Assembly (NCBI GenBank): GCA_963783375.1
Contig: CAWANH010000003.1
Location: 1-64,000 of the forward strand
DNA: 64,000 nucleotides
Origin: Candidatus Eiseniibacteriota bacterium
GTDB lineage: Bacteria > Eisenbacteria > RBG-16-71-46 > JABDJR01
Direction: 5' to 3'
Shown here: in pieces, positions 46,533 to 55,712 of the stretch
How positions within the stretch are numbered: position 1 is the stretch's first letter
Layout of the letters: every line of letters begins with the position of its first letter
Translations under genes and position numbers: made by a program
Notes under the pieces: generated by a model
Told to the model about the DNA's origin: nothing
Seen by the model: the letters and a program-made list of their open reading frames with translations, nothing else
The model's database searches: none

Positions 46533-48726
46533 CCCATATTGGGTTGCTGAACCCTATCGATTTTGTCAATGAGCGTTGTTCAGTCGATTCGGTCGTCCCC
46601 ATCACTGGATTGTCCGACGGTGGATTGCTGTGGAAAACCCCGTCCACTCGAATCACGACGTACCCGGACCGGTCCACCGCCGGCTCGACATCCTCGTCGA
46701 AGCGGAGGGATCGGTCGCGCCCGCGCAGCATGAAGATCGAGTCGGCCTTCCCGTTGACGATGACCGTCACCTTGCGGACCTCGACCGACGACGGAGCCCA
46801 GACCGTGAGATGGCCTCGGAGGACGCCGGCCGCGGTCACGAGGGTGTCGCCGATCGTTTCCCCCCCCAACCGGAAATCGATGAAGGGGCCGTCGGAGACC
46901 ATCACCCTGCCGGCGCGGATGGCGTTCATCACGCCGTCCACGGTCGCGGGGCCGTCTCCGGTGAAGACGAGGCTCCGCGCTCCCCAGGGCGCGTCCCCCG
47001 AGAGCCCGTCCGAGCCGGCGCTCCCCACCCCGGTGCGCTTCCGGCCTTCGCCGAGGTCCTCGAGCCACCGTTTCCAGCGGGTCTCGAACGAACCGTCGTC
47101 CCGATGCCCGAGGAGTTCGACCGTCGTGCCGGTCCCGCCCCCGGGAAGACGCCGGAGCGGCGAGGCCAGGTTGAGGGTGTCGATCGCCGAATCGTAGTCG
47201 GTGCGCCGGTCGCGGTCGACGGACGCGAACCACGCAACGCCCTCCGAGGCCAGCGCGCGCGCGCGGTCCGGCACCTCGACCTCGGTCCCGGGGCTGGGCG
47301 CCGCCCGCACTCCGGTGTCCACCGCCACCCATCCCCGGGGAAGATCGAGCGGGGTGATGACCGCCTGGAGCGCGGCCTTCCGGCCGGAGTGCAAGGTCGC
47401 CTCGACCTGCCATTCTTCGAAAGACGGACCGCGGGCGGCGGTGACCCGGTAGCGCCCGGCGGGAATCTCCACGCGGATCCCCCCGGTTCCCGAGAACACC
47501 GCGCGTCCCGCCCCGTCGGCCCGCCAGTCGGGTCCGAGATCGGGGTTCGGCGTGCCGTCGATGCCGGTGAAGAGCCACTTGGCGGGAGAGGGGCTCCCGT
47601 TCACGTCCACCGCGACCAGGGTGACCGTCGCCGCCTGGGGGAGCTCGAATGAGGCGTGGGCGTCCTTCCCCACCTCCACCCGCTCCTCGCGCTCACGCTC
47701 GGCGGGACCGCGGCGGGGATGGCGGGCGGTGACTCGATAGCGCCCGGGGGGAAGGGCCAGGGTCACCCGTCCCCGGCGGTCCGTCTCTCCGAGACCTCGG
47801 GATACACCCTCTTCGTCCACCGCTTCGATCACCGCATCCGCCACCGGGCGGCCGTCGTCCCCCTCGACGTCGGCGCGGAGCTTTCCCACCGGCCGGCCCT
47901 TCGTCGCCCAGGCCGCTTCCTGGGCCCGGGCGGCGGAGCCTCGGACGGCGAACAGGAGCCGTTCATAGCGGGCGGTGTCGCCGGGGGCCAGGGTCGCGGT
48001 CGCGGCGGTCAGCGCCGAACCGTTCCGGCCTTGCCGGGCGCTGAGATCGCCGGCCGTGCTCACCCAAGCGTAGCCGCTTCCCTCGCCCGAGGCGGCGGCG
48101 AAGGGTATCGCCACGGGTGCGGCGGTGGCGAGCGCGCCCCGCCCCGGTGCGTAGGGCTCGGCCCGCCCCCACTCCACCACGTCCCCGAGGGGAAAGGCGG
48201 CCAGGGTGTCGGCCCCCGTGTTCACCACCGTGGTGCGGATGGTGAGGTGATCGGAGCCGGCGCGAAGCTCGTAGCGGGTCTCCACCCGGAGCCGGGAGCG
48301 GCCGGGATCACCGCCGGTCCACCGGCCGGAGGCCACCAGCACCTGGAGGGAGCTGTCGGGCGCGGTGTCGCCCCGAACCTCGTCGTACCGAACGGGCAGG
48401 AGCAGGGAGTCCCCGAGGCCGGTGAAGATCCCACGAAGGGCGTCCCGGCCGCCGGCCGGAGCCGCGTCGATCAGGTTCCCCGCCGCCGGCGCCCGGTTCG
48501 AGGCGGCGCCCGCCACCACCACGGTGAGGTGCTCGTTCACGAGGAGCCAGTCCCCCGCCCTCCCCTCGACCGTCCCCCCGGCGAGGGGGGGTGGGGCGGT
48601 GAGTTCGTGCGATGTCACGAAGGGGGGCGGCGGGAGCGGGACCGGTTCCGGTGGAGGTGGTCCTCCCGCGCAGGAGACGGTGAGAAGCGAGCCGGCGAGG
48701 AGAAGGGGACGGAAGGGGATGCGCAT
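46507..48726 (-). CDS. Lipoprotein with carboxypeptidase-regulatory-like beta-sandwiches and a degenerate PHP (CehA/McbA-like) domain
   Basis: Lipobox TVSC, GDWLLVNEHL...GNLIDA, PAGRYRVTAARGP, AIRAGRVMVSDGPFI, SNPIWV; His metal ligands absent. Confidence 0.72.
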   Translation of the reverse strand: MRIPFRPLLLAGSLLTVSCAGGPPPPEPVPLPPPPFVTSHELTAPPPLAGGTVEGRAGDWLLVNEHLTVVVAGAASNRAPAAGNLIDAAPAGGRDALRGIFTGLGDSLLLPVRYDEVRGDTAPDSSLQVLVASGRWTGGDPGRSRLRVETRYELRAGSDHLTIRTTVVNTGADTLAAFPLGDVVEWGRAEPYAPGRGALATAAPVAIPFAAASGEGSGYAWVSTAGDLSARQGRNGSALTAATATLAPGDTARYERLLFAVRGSAARAQEAAWATKGRPVGKLRADVEGDDGRPVADAVIEAVDEEGVSRGLGETDRRGRVTLALPPGRYRVTARHPRRGPAEREREERVEVGKDAHASFELPQAATVTLVAVDVNGSPSPAKWLFTGIDGTPNPDLGPDWRADGAGRAVFSGTGGIRVEIPAGRYRVTAARGPSFEEWQVEATLHSGRKAALQAVITPLDLPRGWVAVDTGVRAAPSPGTEVEVPDRARALASEGVAWFASVDRDRRTDYDSAIDTLNLASPLRRLPGGGTGTTVELLGHRDDGSFETRWKRWLEDLGEGRKRTGVGSAGSDGLSGDAPWGARSLVFTGDGPATVDGVMNAIRAGRVMVSDGPFIDFRLGGETIGDTLVTAAGVLRGHLTVWAPSSVEVRKVTVIVNGKADSIFMLRGRDRSLRFDEDVEPAVDRSGYVVIRVDGVFHSNPPSDNPVMGTTESTEQRSLTKSIGFSNPIWVEIPGGGG

Positions 48727-48801
48727 GGCGCCAATCCTAACCGGTGGGGCCCGGCGCCGTCATTCCTGTCCGCTCCCCGGCGCCGAAGAGGGCAGGCGCC
48801 C

Positions 48802-48839
48802 AAAAAAAAGGTGGGGGACCGGATAACCGGTCCCCCACC
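48802..48839 (-). terminator. Rho-independent terminator
   Basis: 13-bp perfect stem GGTGGGGGACCGG/CCGGTCCCCCACC, 4-nt loop, then T8 on the minus strand, 22 nt after stop 48862. Confidence 0.9.
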
Positions 48840-48861
48840 GAGGTCGAACTCCCGAAGGAGA

Positions 48862-50775
48862 TCAGCGGATGTAGAGCATCTTCCGGGTCAGGACCTGGCT
48901 CCCCACCTCGAGGCGGTAGAAATAGATCCCGGTGCCCGAGTTCCCCATGGTGGTCGCGTCGACGCTGGCCACGTGATCCCCGGGGGTCATCTCGGCATCC
49001 ACCAGGGTACGCACCAGGCGTCCCTGGATGTCGAACACCGAGAGCTTCACCGGTGTCCGGACGTCCGCCCCCGCGGCCGCCGGCACCTGGAAGTGAATCT
49101 CGGTGCGGGCCCCGAAGGGGTTGGGGATGTTCTGGGCCAGCCGGAGCGTCGGCTTGAGCGGGTTGTCGCCCACGCCGGTGGCGGTCAGGAACACGATGTC
49201 GCTGGCGAACCGCGGCACGATCTCGTAGCCGCCGGTGTAGGGGCTCGAGCTGTCGTACTGGCTGCCGATCCCGGTCACCGTGATGTACTGGCTGGTCACC
49301 GGGGTGCCGGGGATGTTCGTGTCCAGGTCGATGAACATCTGGACCGAGTCCGGGACGCAGTTCCGGATGTAGTAGCTCACGTTGGTTCCCGCCGGCGACA
49401 GGGTGTCGACCCCGGCCGGGAGAGCGGCGATGTTCATGGTGATGAGCTCGCCCTCGAAGGCCTCGAAATCGTCGCAGGAGGTGACGATCTTCGGCGCCGG
49501 AACCGCTCCCGGACCGTTGATGTCCACCAGCAGGGAGTCGCAACCGGCCCCCGAGGTGATCTCGAGCTTCCCGTTGTACTGGTCGATCGTGCCCTCGACG
49601 GTCACGTCGTCCCCCAGGCTGGGCTGCACGGTGTGGGTCCCGTACTTGAACACGTCGATCCCGCCGGTGGCGTCCTGGATGTAGTACTCGGTGTTCGCGG
49701 TCTGGAACACGCCGTAGGGAACGGTGCAGTTGCCCCGGACCCGAACTCCCAGGAAGCGGTAGATGTTGGCCTGGTTGGCGTCCATCACCTGGATATCGCC
49801 GATGTCCGTCGTCCCCACGAAGTACCCCCGCTCGAAGCCGACGGTGGTGTCGGGGTTGGCGTTCCGGGCGTAGACGGTGTAACGAACGATGTCACCGTTC
49901 GAGGGCTGGCCGGGGATGGTCGCCTGGAACACGGTGGTGTCGCCCGAGGTGGAGAACGTGCTCATGGCCACCACGCTCTCCGCCCCGCCGTTCACCGAGT
50001 AGTGGAGGTCGGCGGCGGTGGCGTAGAGAACGAAGGCCTGCGCGGTCACCGACTGGTTCGGCACCGGGACGCAGGGGGTGCGGAGCTGGTCGAAGACGTC
50101 CGGGGGCGGATTCAGGCAGCTCGGGTTCGGGCTGCCGGGGGTGTCGTCGATGCCCAGGGTGAACTGCCCGATGACCCACTGGTTGACCAGGTCGGAGCAG
50201 CGATAGACGTGGCCGGGGACGAAGGAGCCGTCCGGACCTACCGTGGTGGCGCAGTAGAGGTACTCGTCGCCCGCGCAGTTGGGGGTGGTCCCCTCGTCCA
50301 GCCCGACGCAGTCCACGATGGACGTCCACGGAGTGGTGTCGAAGGTGCCGGTATCGAGGGTGTCGAGATCCTGGCCGTCGGTTCCCGTGAACCCGAGCAC
50401 CAGCATGTGGGTGACGTTGTCGCTGTTTTCGAAGTTCATGGCCAGCGACGCGTCGTATCCGGTGAGCGTGTTGGCGTCACCGGCCTTCAGCGCCGCGAAC
50501 AGGCTGTCGGCCTGGATGGAGTACCCGTCCAGGGGCGTCACCGACTCGATGGTTCCGCAGGAAGTCACCGAGCCGTCCCCGATCACGAGGTAGGTGTAGC
50601 CGTTCAGGCTGGTGCCCGGAGCGCCCTTCAGTTCGAAGTACTCATCGGTGTCCCCGCCCGGCATGTCGGTGCGGATCTCGTTGATCTTGATCTGGGCCGA
50701 AGCCGTCCCGATCATTCCCATCAACCCGATGCCCAGCGCGAGAAAGAAGACGAATCGCAGCGTAGGTCGTTTCAT
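48862..50775 (-). CDS. Secreted protein: LTD-like domain, Ig-like domain, OB-fold(s), T9SS/FlgD-type C-terminal sorting domain
   Basis: Signal peptide; INEIRTDMPGGDTDEYFEL...NFENSDNVTH; YYIQDATGGIDVF...LGDDVTVEGTIDQYNGKLEI; VTGIGSQYD...YEIVPR; AQNIPNPF...VFDIQGRLV...GIYFYRL...RKMLYIR. Confidence 0.85.
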   Translation of the reverse strand: MKRPTLRFVFFLALGIGLMGMIGTASAQIKINEIRTDMPGGDTDEYFELKGAPGTSLNGYTYLVIGDGSVTSCGTIESVTPLDGYSIQADSLFAALKAGDANTLTGYDASLAMNFENSDNVTHMLVLGFTGTDGQDLDTLDTGTFDTTPWTSIVDCVGLDEGTTPNCAGDEYLYCATTVGPDGSFVPGHVYRCSDLVNQWVIGQFTLGIDDTPGSPNPSCLNPPPDVFDQLRTPCVPVPNQSVTAQAFVLYATAADLHYSVNGGAESVVAMSTFSTSGDTTVFQATIPGQPSNGDIVRYTVYARNANPDTTVGFERGYFVGTTDIGDIQVMDANQANIYRFLGVRVRGNCTVPYGVFQTANTEYYIQDATGGIDVFKYGTHTVQPSLGDDVTVEGTIDQYNGKLEITSGAGCDSLLVDINGPGAVPAPKIVTSCDDFEAFEGELITMNIAALPAGVDTLSPAGTNVSYYIRNCVPDSVQMFIDLDTNIPGTPVTSQYITVTGIGSQYDSSSPYTGGYEIVPRFASDIVFLTATGVGDNPLKPTLRLAQNIPNPFGARTEIHFQVPAAAGADVRTPVKLSVFDIQGRLVRTLVDAEMTPGDHVASVDATTMGNSGTGIYFYRLEVGSQVLTRKMLYIR

Positions 50776-50886
50776 GGTGCCATTAACCCCCTAAGAATGC
50801 TCAGCCCACCCCTAGACACACGCAGGAGGGATTCAATGCGCGGGTGAGCGGTTGCACCCCCCTTTTGAAGATGTGGTCGCTCAATA

Positions 50887-50915
50887 ACCCTATCGCAAAT
50901 CGACCCCTGTTTCAA
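50887..50915 (-). promoter_or_regulatory. Sigma70-type promoter
   Basis: TTGAAA-17 nt-TAGGGT on the minus strand in an AT-rich intergenic region. Confidence 0.6.
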
Positions 50916-50970
50916 TGACAAAAACTTGACAGAACGGTGACAACCGCTTGAATTCCAGGGGGTTGGAGGA

Positions 50971-51816
50971 TCAGGAGACAAGGAGCCGGGGGAGGAGGGC
51001 CTGGAGGAACCGGGTGAAGGTCTCCCGGACCCGGGCCGTAACCTCCATCACCTCTTGATGGTGGAGCGGCTCGGCACTGAGCCCGGCGGCCAGGTTGGAT
51101 ATGCAGGAGATCCCCAGGACCTCCATCCCCAGATGGCGGGCCGCCACCACCTCGGCCACCGTGGACATCCCCACCGCATCCCCCCCGAACCGCTTGACCA
51201 TCCGGATCTCGGCGGGGGTCTCGTAGGCCGGTCCCAGGTTCCCCCAGTAGGTCCCCGCGCGGACCCGCGCCAGCCCCAGCTCGGCCGCGGTCCGGTGCGC
51301 GACGTCCAGGAGCCGGCGGGAGAAGGGCTCGGACATGTCCACGAAGCGGTCCCGGTCGAGGAGCGGGCCCCGTCCCCGGAGCGGGCTCTGGAACTGGAGG
51401 TTCATCTGATCCTCGATCAGCATGAGATCGCCCGGCTCCAGCCGGTGATCCACTCCCCCCGCGGCGTTCGTCACCACCAGGACCCGGGCTCCCAGGGCGT
51501 GCATCACCCGCAGAGGGAAGGTGATCTGCGCCGCGGAGTACCCCTCGTAGAGGTGGAACCTCCCCTGCTGGGCCGCCGCCGGAACGCCGTTCGCCGCCCC
51601 CAAGACCAGCCGCCCGGCGTGCCCCTCCACCGTGGATACCGGAAAACCCGGGAGATCGGCGTAGTCCACCGCGACCCGGTCTGCGAAGGTATCGGCGTAG
51701 TCCCCGAGCCCCGAGCCCAGGATCAGGGCCACTCCGGGAACCTGATCGGTCCGGGCCCGGACCGCCGCCGCCGCCCGCTCCACCTCTTCCGGGCCGTAGG
51801 CCATGACGCCGCTCAT
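50971..51816 (-). CDS. punA: Purine-nucleoside phosphorylase (trimeric type)
   Basis: ILGSGLG, STVEGHAG, QGRFHLYEGY, TNAAGG, GPAYETPAE, VGMSTVAE, SNLAAG. Confidence 0.96.
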   Translation of the reverse strand: MSGVMAYGPEEVERAAAAVRARTDQVPGVALILGSGLGDYADTFADRVAVDYADLPGFPVSTVEGHAGRLVLGAANGVPAAAQQGRFHLYEGYSAAQITFPLRVMHALGARVLVVTNAAGGVDHRLEPGDLMLIEDQMNLQFQSPLRGRGPLLDRDRFVDMSEPFSRRLLDVAHRTAAELGLARVRAGTYWGNLGPAYETPAEIRMVKRFGGDAVGMSTVAEVVAARHLGMEVLGISCISNLAAGLSAEPLHHQEVMEVTARVRETFTRFLQALLPRLLVS

Positions 51817-52442
51817 GCCGCAGTCTCGCGGAGCATGCTGCGCACCTTGGTCACCAGGAGATCGATGGCCACCCGGTTCTTCCCCCCCTCGGGAATGATG
51901 ATGTCGGCGAAGCGCTTGGAGGGTTCGATGAACTGCTGGTGCATGGGGCGCACGCTCTCCTCGTACTGGGTGAGGATCGACTCGAGGCTTCGGCCCCGCT
52001 CCACCGTATCCCGGCGGATGCGCCGGATGAGCCTGACGTCGGCATCGGTGTCGATGAACACCTTGATGTTCATCAGCCGGCGGAGCGCGGGGTCCTCCAG
52101 GACCAGGATCCCCTCGAGGATCACCACGGTGTGGCCCTCCACCCGCTCGGTCTGGGGGAGCCGGGTGTGATGGGTGAAGTCGTAGATGGGCTTGTCGATG
52201 GGTTGCCCCCGGAGCAGGGTCTGCACGTGATCGAGGAGCAGCTCGCGATCGAAGGAGTCGGGGTGGTCGAAGTTCAGCCGTCCACGCTCCTCGACCGACA
52301 GCCCGGCAAAGTCCCGGTAGTAGGCGTCCTGCTCGAGCATCACCACTTCGGAGGAGCCGAGATTCCGGATGAGGGTCGAGGCCACCAGGGACTTTCCCGA
52401 GGCGGTCCCGCCGGCGAGCCCGATGAGCAACGGTCGTTCCAT
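51813..52442 (-). CDS. udk: Uridine kinase
   Basis: GGTASGKS, QDAYY, NFDHPDSFD, ILEGIL, RRIRRD..ERGR, FIEPSKRFADIIIP. Confidence 0.97.
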   Translation of the reverse strand: MERPLLIGLAGGTASGKSLVASTLIRNLGSSEVVMLEQDAYYRDFAGLSVEERGRLNFDHPDSFDRELLLDHVQTLLRGQPIDKPIYDFTHHTRLPQTERVEGHTVVILEGILVLEDPALRRLMNIKVFIDTDADVRLIRRIRRDTVERGRSLESILTQYEESVRPMHQQFIEPSKRFADIIIPEGGKNRVAIDLLVTKVRSMLRETAA

Positions 52443-52458
52443 GGGTCCTCTCCCCGTC

Positions 52459-53589
52459 CTAGAAGTGGTCGCGCGGCGGGACGAACTGGGGTCCGAAGCT
52501 CCGGGCCACGATGCCGTCGAGTTCGTCCAGCACCTGGGTGAGGAGCGCCACCTTCCGCTTGAGCGGCAGGAAGGCGCTCTTGAAGCCGTTCAGCACCAGC
52601 TTCCGCACGTCGGGTATTCCCAGCTCGAACGCCTCGACGGCCAGCTGGTACTCCCGGGTGATGTCGGTCGCGCTCATCAGGGTGTTGTCGGTGTTCAGGG
52701 TGACCCGGAGGTCCTCGTCGTAGTAGAGCCGGAAGGGGTGGTCGGCGAGGCGGCTCACCACCCCGGTCTGGAGGTTCGAGCTCAGGCAGATCTCCATCGG
52801 GATCCGATGGTTGTTCACGTAGGCCATGAGGTCGGAGTCCTCGTGAAGCCGGGTGCCGTGACCGATGCGGTGGGCCCCCAGGTAGTGGATGGCCTGATGG
52901 ATGCTGGGAGGGCCGAACCCTTCCCCGGCGTGGCAGGTGCAGTTGATGTTGTTGTTGAGGATCTTGTAGAAGGCCTGGACGTGATCCTTGGCCGGGTAGT
53001 CCTTCTCCGCTCCGGCCAGGTCGAAGGCGACCACCCCGCGGTTCTTGTACTCCACGCTCAGGTCGGCCAGTTCCATGGTGGACTGGGGAGGGAGATTCCG
53101 GATGCCGCAAACGATCGCTCCGGTGAGGGTTCCGGTCTTCCGGGACGCTTCGTCCAGCCCGGCCAGCACCCCTTCCAGGATATCCCGCATCGAGTGGCCG
53201 TTCTTGAGATGAAGGATGGGGGAGAATCGCACCTCCACGTAGCGAACGTTCTCCTTCGCCGCGTCCTCCACCACTTCCCGGGCCACGCGCCGGACCGCAT
53301 CGGGTTCCTGGAGAACGGAGAGCGTGAGGTCGAACGCCTCCAGGTATTCCTCCAGCGACTCGCAGGCGTCCCCGCAGATCAACCGGCGGCGGAGATCGTC
53401 CTCGCTGTCCACCTTGAGCGCCACCCCCTGCTCCCGGGCCAGGTCCTTCACCGTTCCCAGGCGGAGGGATCCGTCCAGGTGAAGATGGAGATCGGTCTTG
53501 GGGATCTCGTGGAGGAAACTGGGATGATCCAGGATCATCCGGGCCTCCCGCGCCCTCTCGCTCGAACCCTCGGTCGCCGTGTTCGTCAT
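52459..53589 (-). CDS. add: Adenosine deaminase
   Basis: PKTDLHLHLDGS, YVEVRFSP, FDLAGAE, HAGE, RIGHG, EICLSSN, LNTDN. Confidence 0.95.
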   Translation of the reverse strand: MTNTATEGSSERAREARMILDHPSFLHEIPKTDLHLHLDGSLRLGTVKDLAREQGVALKVDSEDDLRRRLICGDACESLEEYLEAFDLTLSVLQEPDAVRRVAREVVEDAAKENVRYVEVRFSPILHLKNGHSMRDILEGVLAGLDEASRKTGTLTGAIVCGIRNLPPQSTMELADLSVEYKNRGVVAFDLAGAEKDYPAKDHVQAFYKILNNNINCTCHAGEGFGPPSIHQAIHYLGAHRIGHGTRLHEDSDLMAYVNNHRIPMEICLSSNLQTGVVSRLADHPFRLYYDEDLRVTLNTDNTLMSATDITREYQLAVEAFELGIPDVRKLVLNGFKSAFLPLKRKVALLTQVLDELDGIVARSFGPQFVPPRDHF

Positions 53590-53695
53590 CGTGAAACCCT
53601 TTCTTGCCCGCCCGCCTCCGCGGGCCCGTTCTGCATCCTGTCCCGGCCGCGCGGCGGTCCGGCCCCGGCCCGATCCGGCCCCCCCGCGCCCCCGG

Positions 53696-55051
53696 TCAGT
53701 TCAATTCCACCCGGGCCAACAGCGCCCGGATCTCCTCCCTCGGTCGACGGCGGAGCGCCTCGGGGTCCAGATGGGGCAGGCGGCCGGCGTCCACCGCCAC
53801 CTCGCCGTCCACCACCACCCAGCGCACCGCGTCCCGCCCCGCCGCGTAGACGATCCGATCGTAGACCGAAACCCGTTCCGGTCCAAAACTCTGGGGGCGG
53901 TCGAGGTCCAGGATGGCCAGGTCCCCCGCCTTTCCCGGCTCGAGGCTCCCCAGATCGTCCTCGAGCCCCATCGCCCGCGCCCCCTCCACCGTGGCCAGCT
54001 CCAGCGCCTCCTCGGCCCGGAACGCGCCGGGGCCGCGCTTGAATCCGGTAAGGAGGGCGGCGAGCCGCATCTCCTCCAGGACGTCCATGTCGTTGTTGCA
54101 GGGGGCGCCGTCGGTTCCGATTCCCACCGCCAGGTTCGGCCGGCCGCGAAGAAAAACGATGTCCGCGATCCCCGAACCCAGCTTGAGATTGGCCGAGGGG
54201 CAGTGGGCGATCCCCATGCGCCGGCCCGCCAGCACCTCCAGCTCCCGCTCCCCGAGCCACACCGCATGGGCCACGCGGAGATCGGCGTCCAACACCCCCC
54301 GCCGGTCCAGGAACTCCATCTGGCTCGTGCCGAGGGCTTCACGCACCGAGGTCTCCTCGTCGCGGCTCTCCAGGAGATGAGTGTGCATGGGCGCGGCCAG
54401 GGAGCGGGCCAATCCGGCTGCCCCCTCCCAGAGACCGGGGGAGCAGGACAGGATGAACCGGGGACAGACCGCGCCCCGGATCCGGCCGCGTCCCTCCCCG
54501 TGCCACTTGCGGTGGAGCGCCTCGGCCTCGGCCAAGCCCGCCGCGGCGTCCTCGGCCAGGGGGGCGGGGACCCCGGCCCCGGTGTCCATGAGGCACTTCC
54601 CCGCGGTGGCCCGAAGCCCCGAGTCGAGGATGGCCCGGAACACCCCCTCCATCCCCCGCACCACCCCGATTTCCTGGACGGTGGTGGTGCCGGAAAGCAG
54701 GCAGTCCGCCGCCCCCAGCATCGCCGACCAGTAGGCGCTCTCCTCGGTGTGCGCCGCCTCCAGGGGCCAGATGCGGTCCCGAAGCCAGCTCAACAGGGCC
54801 CGGTCCTCGGCCAGCCCCCGGAACAGCGCCTGGCCCAGGTGGACGTGGCCCTGGATGAACCCGGGGAGAACGTGGAGTCCGCGGGCGTCGAGGAGCCGGG
54901 ACCCCGAGGGCGCATCGAGATTCCGGCCCACCGCGGCGATACGCCCCTCGGTGATGAGGAGGTCCTCCTCCACCACCCGGCGGCCGGGATCCATGGTGAC
55001 CAGCGTTCCCCCGGAGACCAGGAGATGCCGGTGGGAACGGGGGCGGTTCAC
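53696..55051 (-). CDS. Amidohydrolase, MtaD/5'-deoxyadenosine deaminase-like
   Basis: PGFIQGHVHL, SGTTT, PRFILSCS, HTHLLES, AHAVWL, HCPSANLKLGSG, DGAPCNN; GTG 55051 overlaps the hpt stop. Confidence 0.88.
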   Translation of the reverse strand: MNRPRSHRHLLVSGGTLVTMDPGRRVVEEDLLITEGRIAAVGRNLDAPSGSRLLDARGLHVLPGFIQGHVHLGQALFRGLAEDRALLSWLRDRIWPLEAAHTEESAYWSAMLGAADCLLSGTTTVQEIGVVRGMEGVFRAILDSGLRATAGKCLMDTGAGVPAPLAEDAAAGLAEAEALHRKWHGEGRGRIRGAVCPRFILSCSPGLWEGAAGLARSLAAPMHTHLLESRDEETSVREALGTSQMEFLDRRGVLDADLRVAHAVWLGERELEVLAGRRMGIAHCPSANLKLGSGIADIVFLRGRPNLAVGIGTDGAPCNNDMDVLEEMRLAALLTGFKRGPGAFRAEEALELATVEGARAMGLEDDLGSLEPGKAGDLAILDLDRPQSFGPERVSVYDRIVYAAGRDAVRWVVVDGEVAVDAGRLPHLDPEALRRRPREEIRALLARVELN

Positions 55052-55611
55052 GGGTTGGTGTACACCTCTTCCTTCAGGACCCCGATGTAGGGGAGGTTCC
55101 GGTAGATGCCCAGGTAGTCCAGGCCGTAACCCACCACGAACTCGTTGGGGCACTCGAAGCCCACGTACTTGACCGGCACCTCCTCCATCCGGGCCTCCCG
55201 CTTGTCCAGGAGCGCGCAGATCTCCACCGAGGCCGGGTGCCGGGTGTTCAGGTTGTCGAGGAGGTAGCTCGCGGTCAGCCCGCTGTCGATGATGTCCTCC
55301 ACCAGGAGCACGTCCCGCCCGGTGATGTTCTCGTTCAGGTCCTTCAGGATGCGCACCACGCCCGAGGACTGGGTGCCCCCGCCGTAGGAGGAGACGGACA
55401 TGAAGTCCACCTCCAGATGGGTGTTCATGGTCCGCACCAGGTCGGCGATGAAGGGGAAGCATCCGTTCAGGATGCCGACCATGAGCACCCGCCGACCGGC
55501 GTAGTCGCGCACGATCTCGTCCCCCATCTCGCGGACCTTGGCCTGGATCGCCTCCTGGGTAAAGAGGACCTCGCGTAGCCCGGACCCGATGCCTTCCTGC
55601 CAATTCTTCAT
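55048..55611 (-). CDS. hpt: Hypoxanthine phosphoribosyltransferase
   Basis: DFMSVSSYG, VLLVEDIIDSGLT (PRPP motif), FVVGYGLDY, RNLPYIG; start ATG 55611. Confidence 0.97.
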   Translation of the reverse strand: MKNWQEGIGSGLREVLFTQEAIQAKVREMGDEIVRDYAGRRVLMVGILNGCFPFIADLVRTMNTHLEVDFMSVSSYGGGTQSSGVVRILKDLNENITGRDVLLVEDIIDSGLTASYLLDNLNTRHPASVEICALLDKREARMEEVPVKYVGFECPNEFVVGYGLDYLGIYRNLPYIGVLKEEVYTNP

Positions 55612-55712
55612 GCGTTCGTCTCCCGAGGTTCTTGAGTTCCGGGCCCCGGGACGTGGCCGGGACCTCCGCGCGGGAGCCCCGGCCGTGAGCCGGCCGGGCC
55701 TCCGAATACAGC

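Noticed and set aside
46629-46637. DnaA-box-like TTTTCCACA in an AT-rich patch
   Set aside because: A single copy inside a coding region, with no box cluster and no dnaA/dnaN nearby, is not evidence for an origin.
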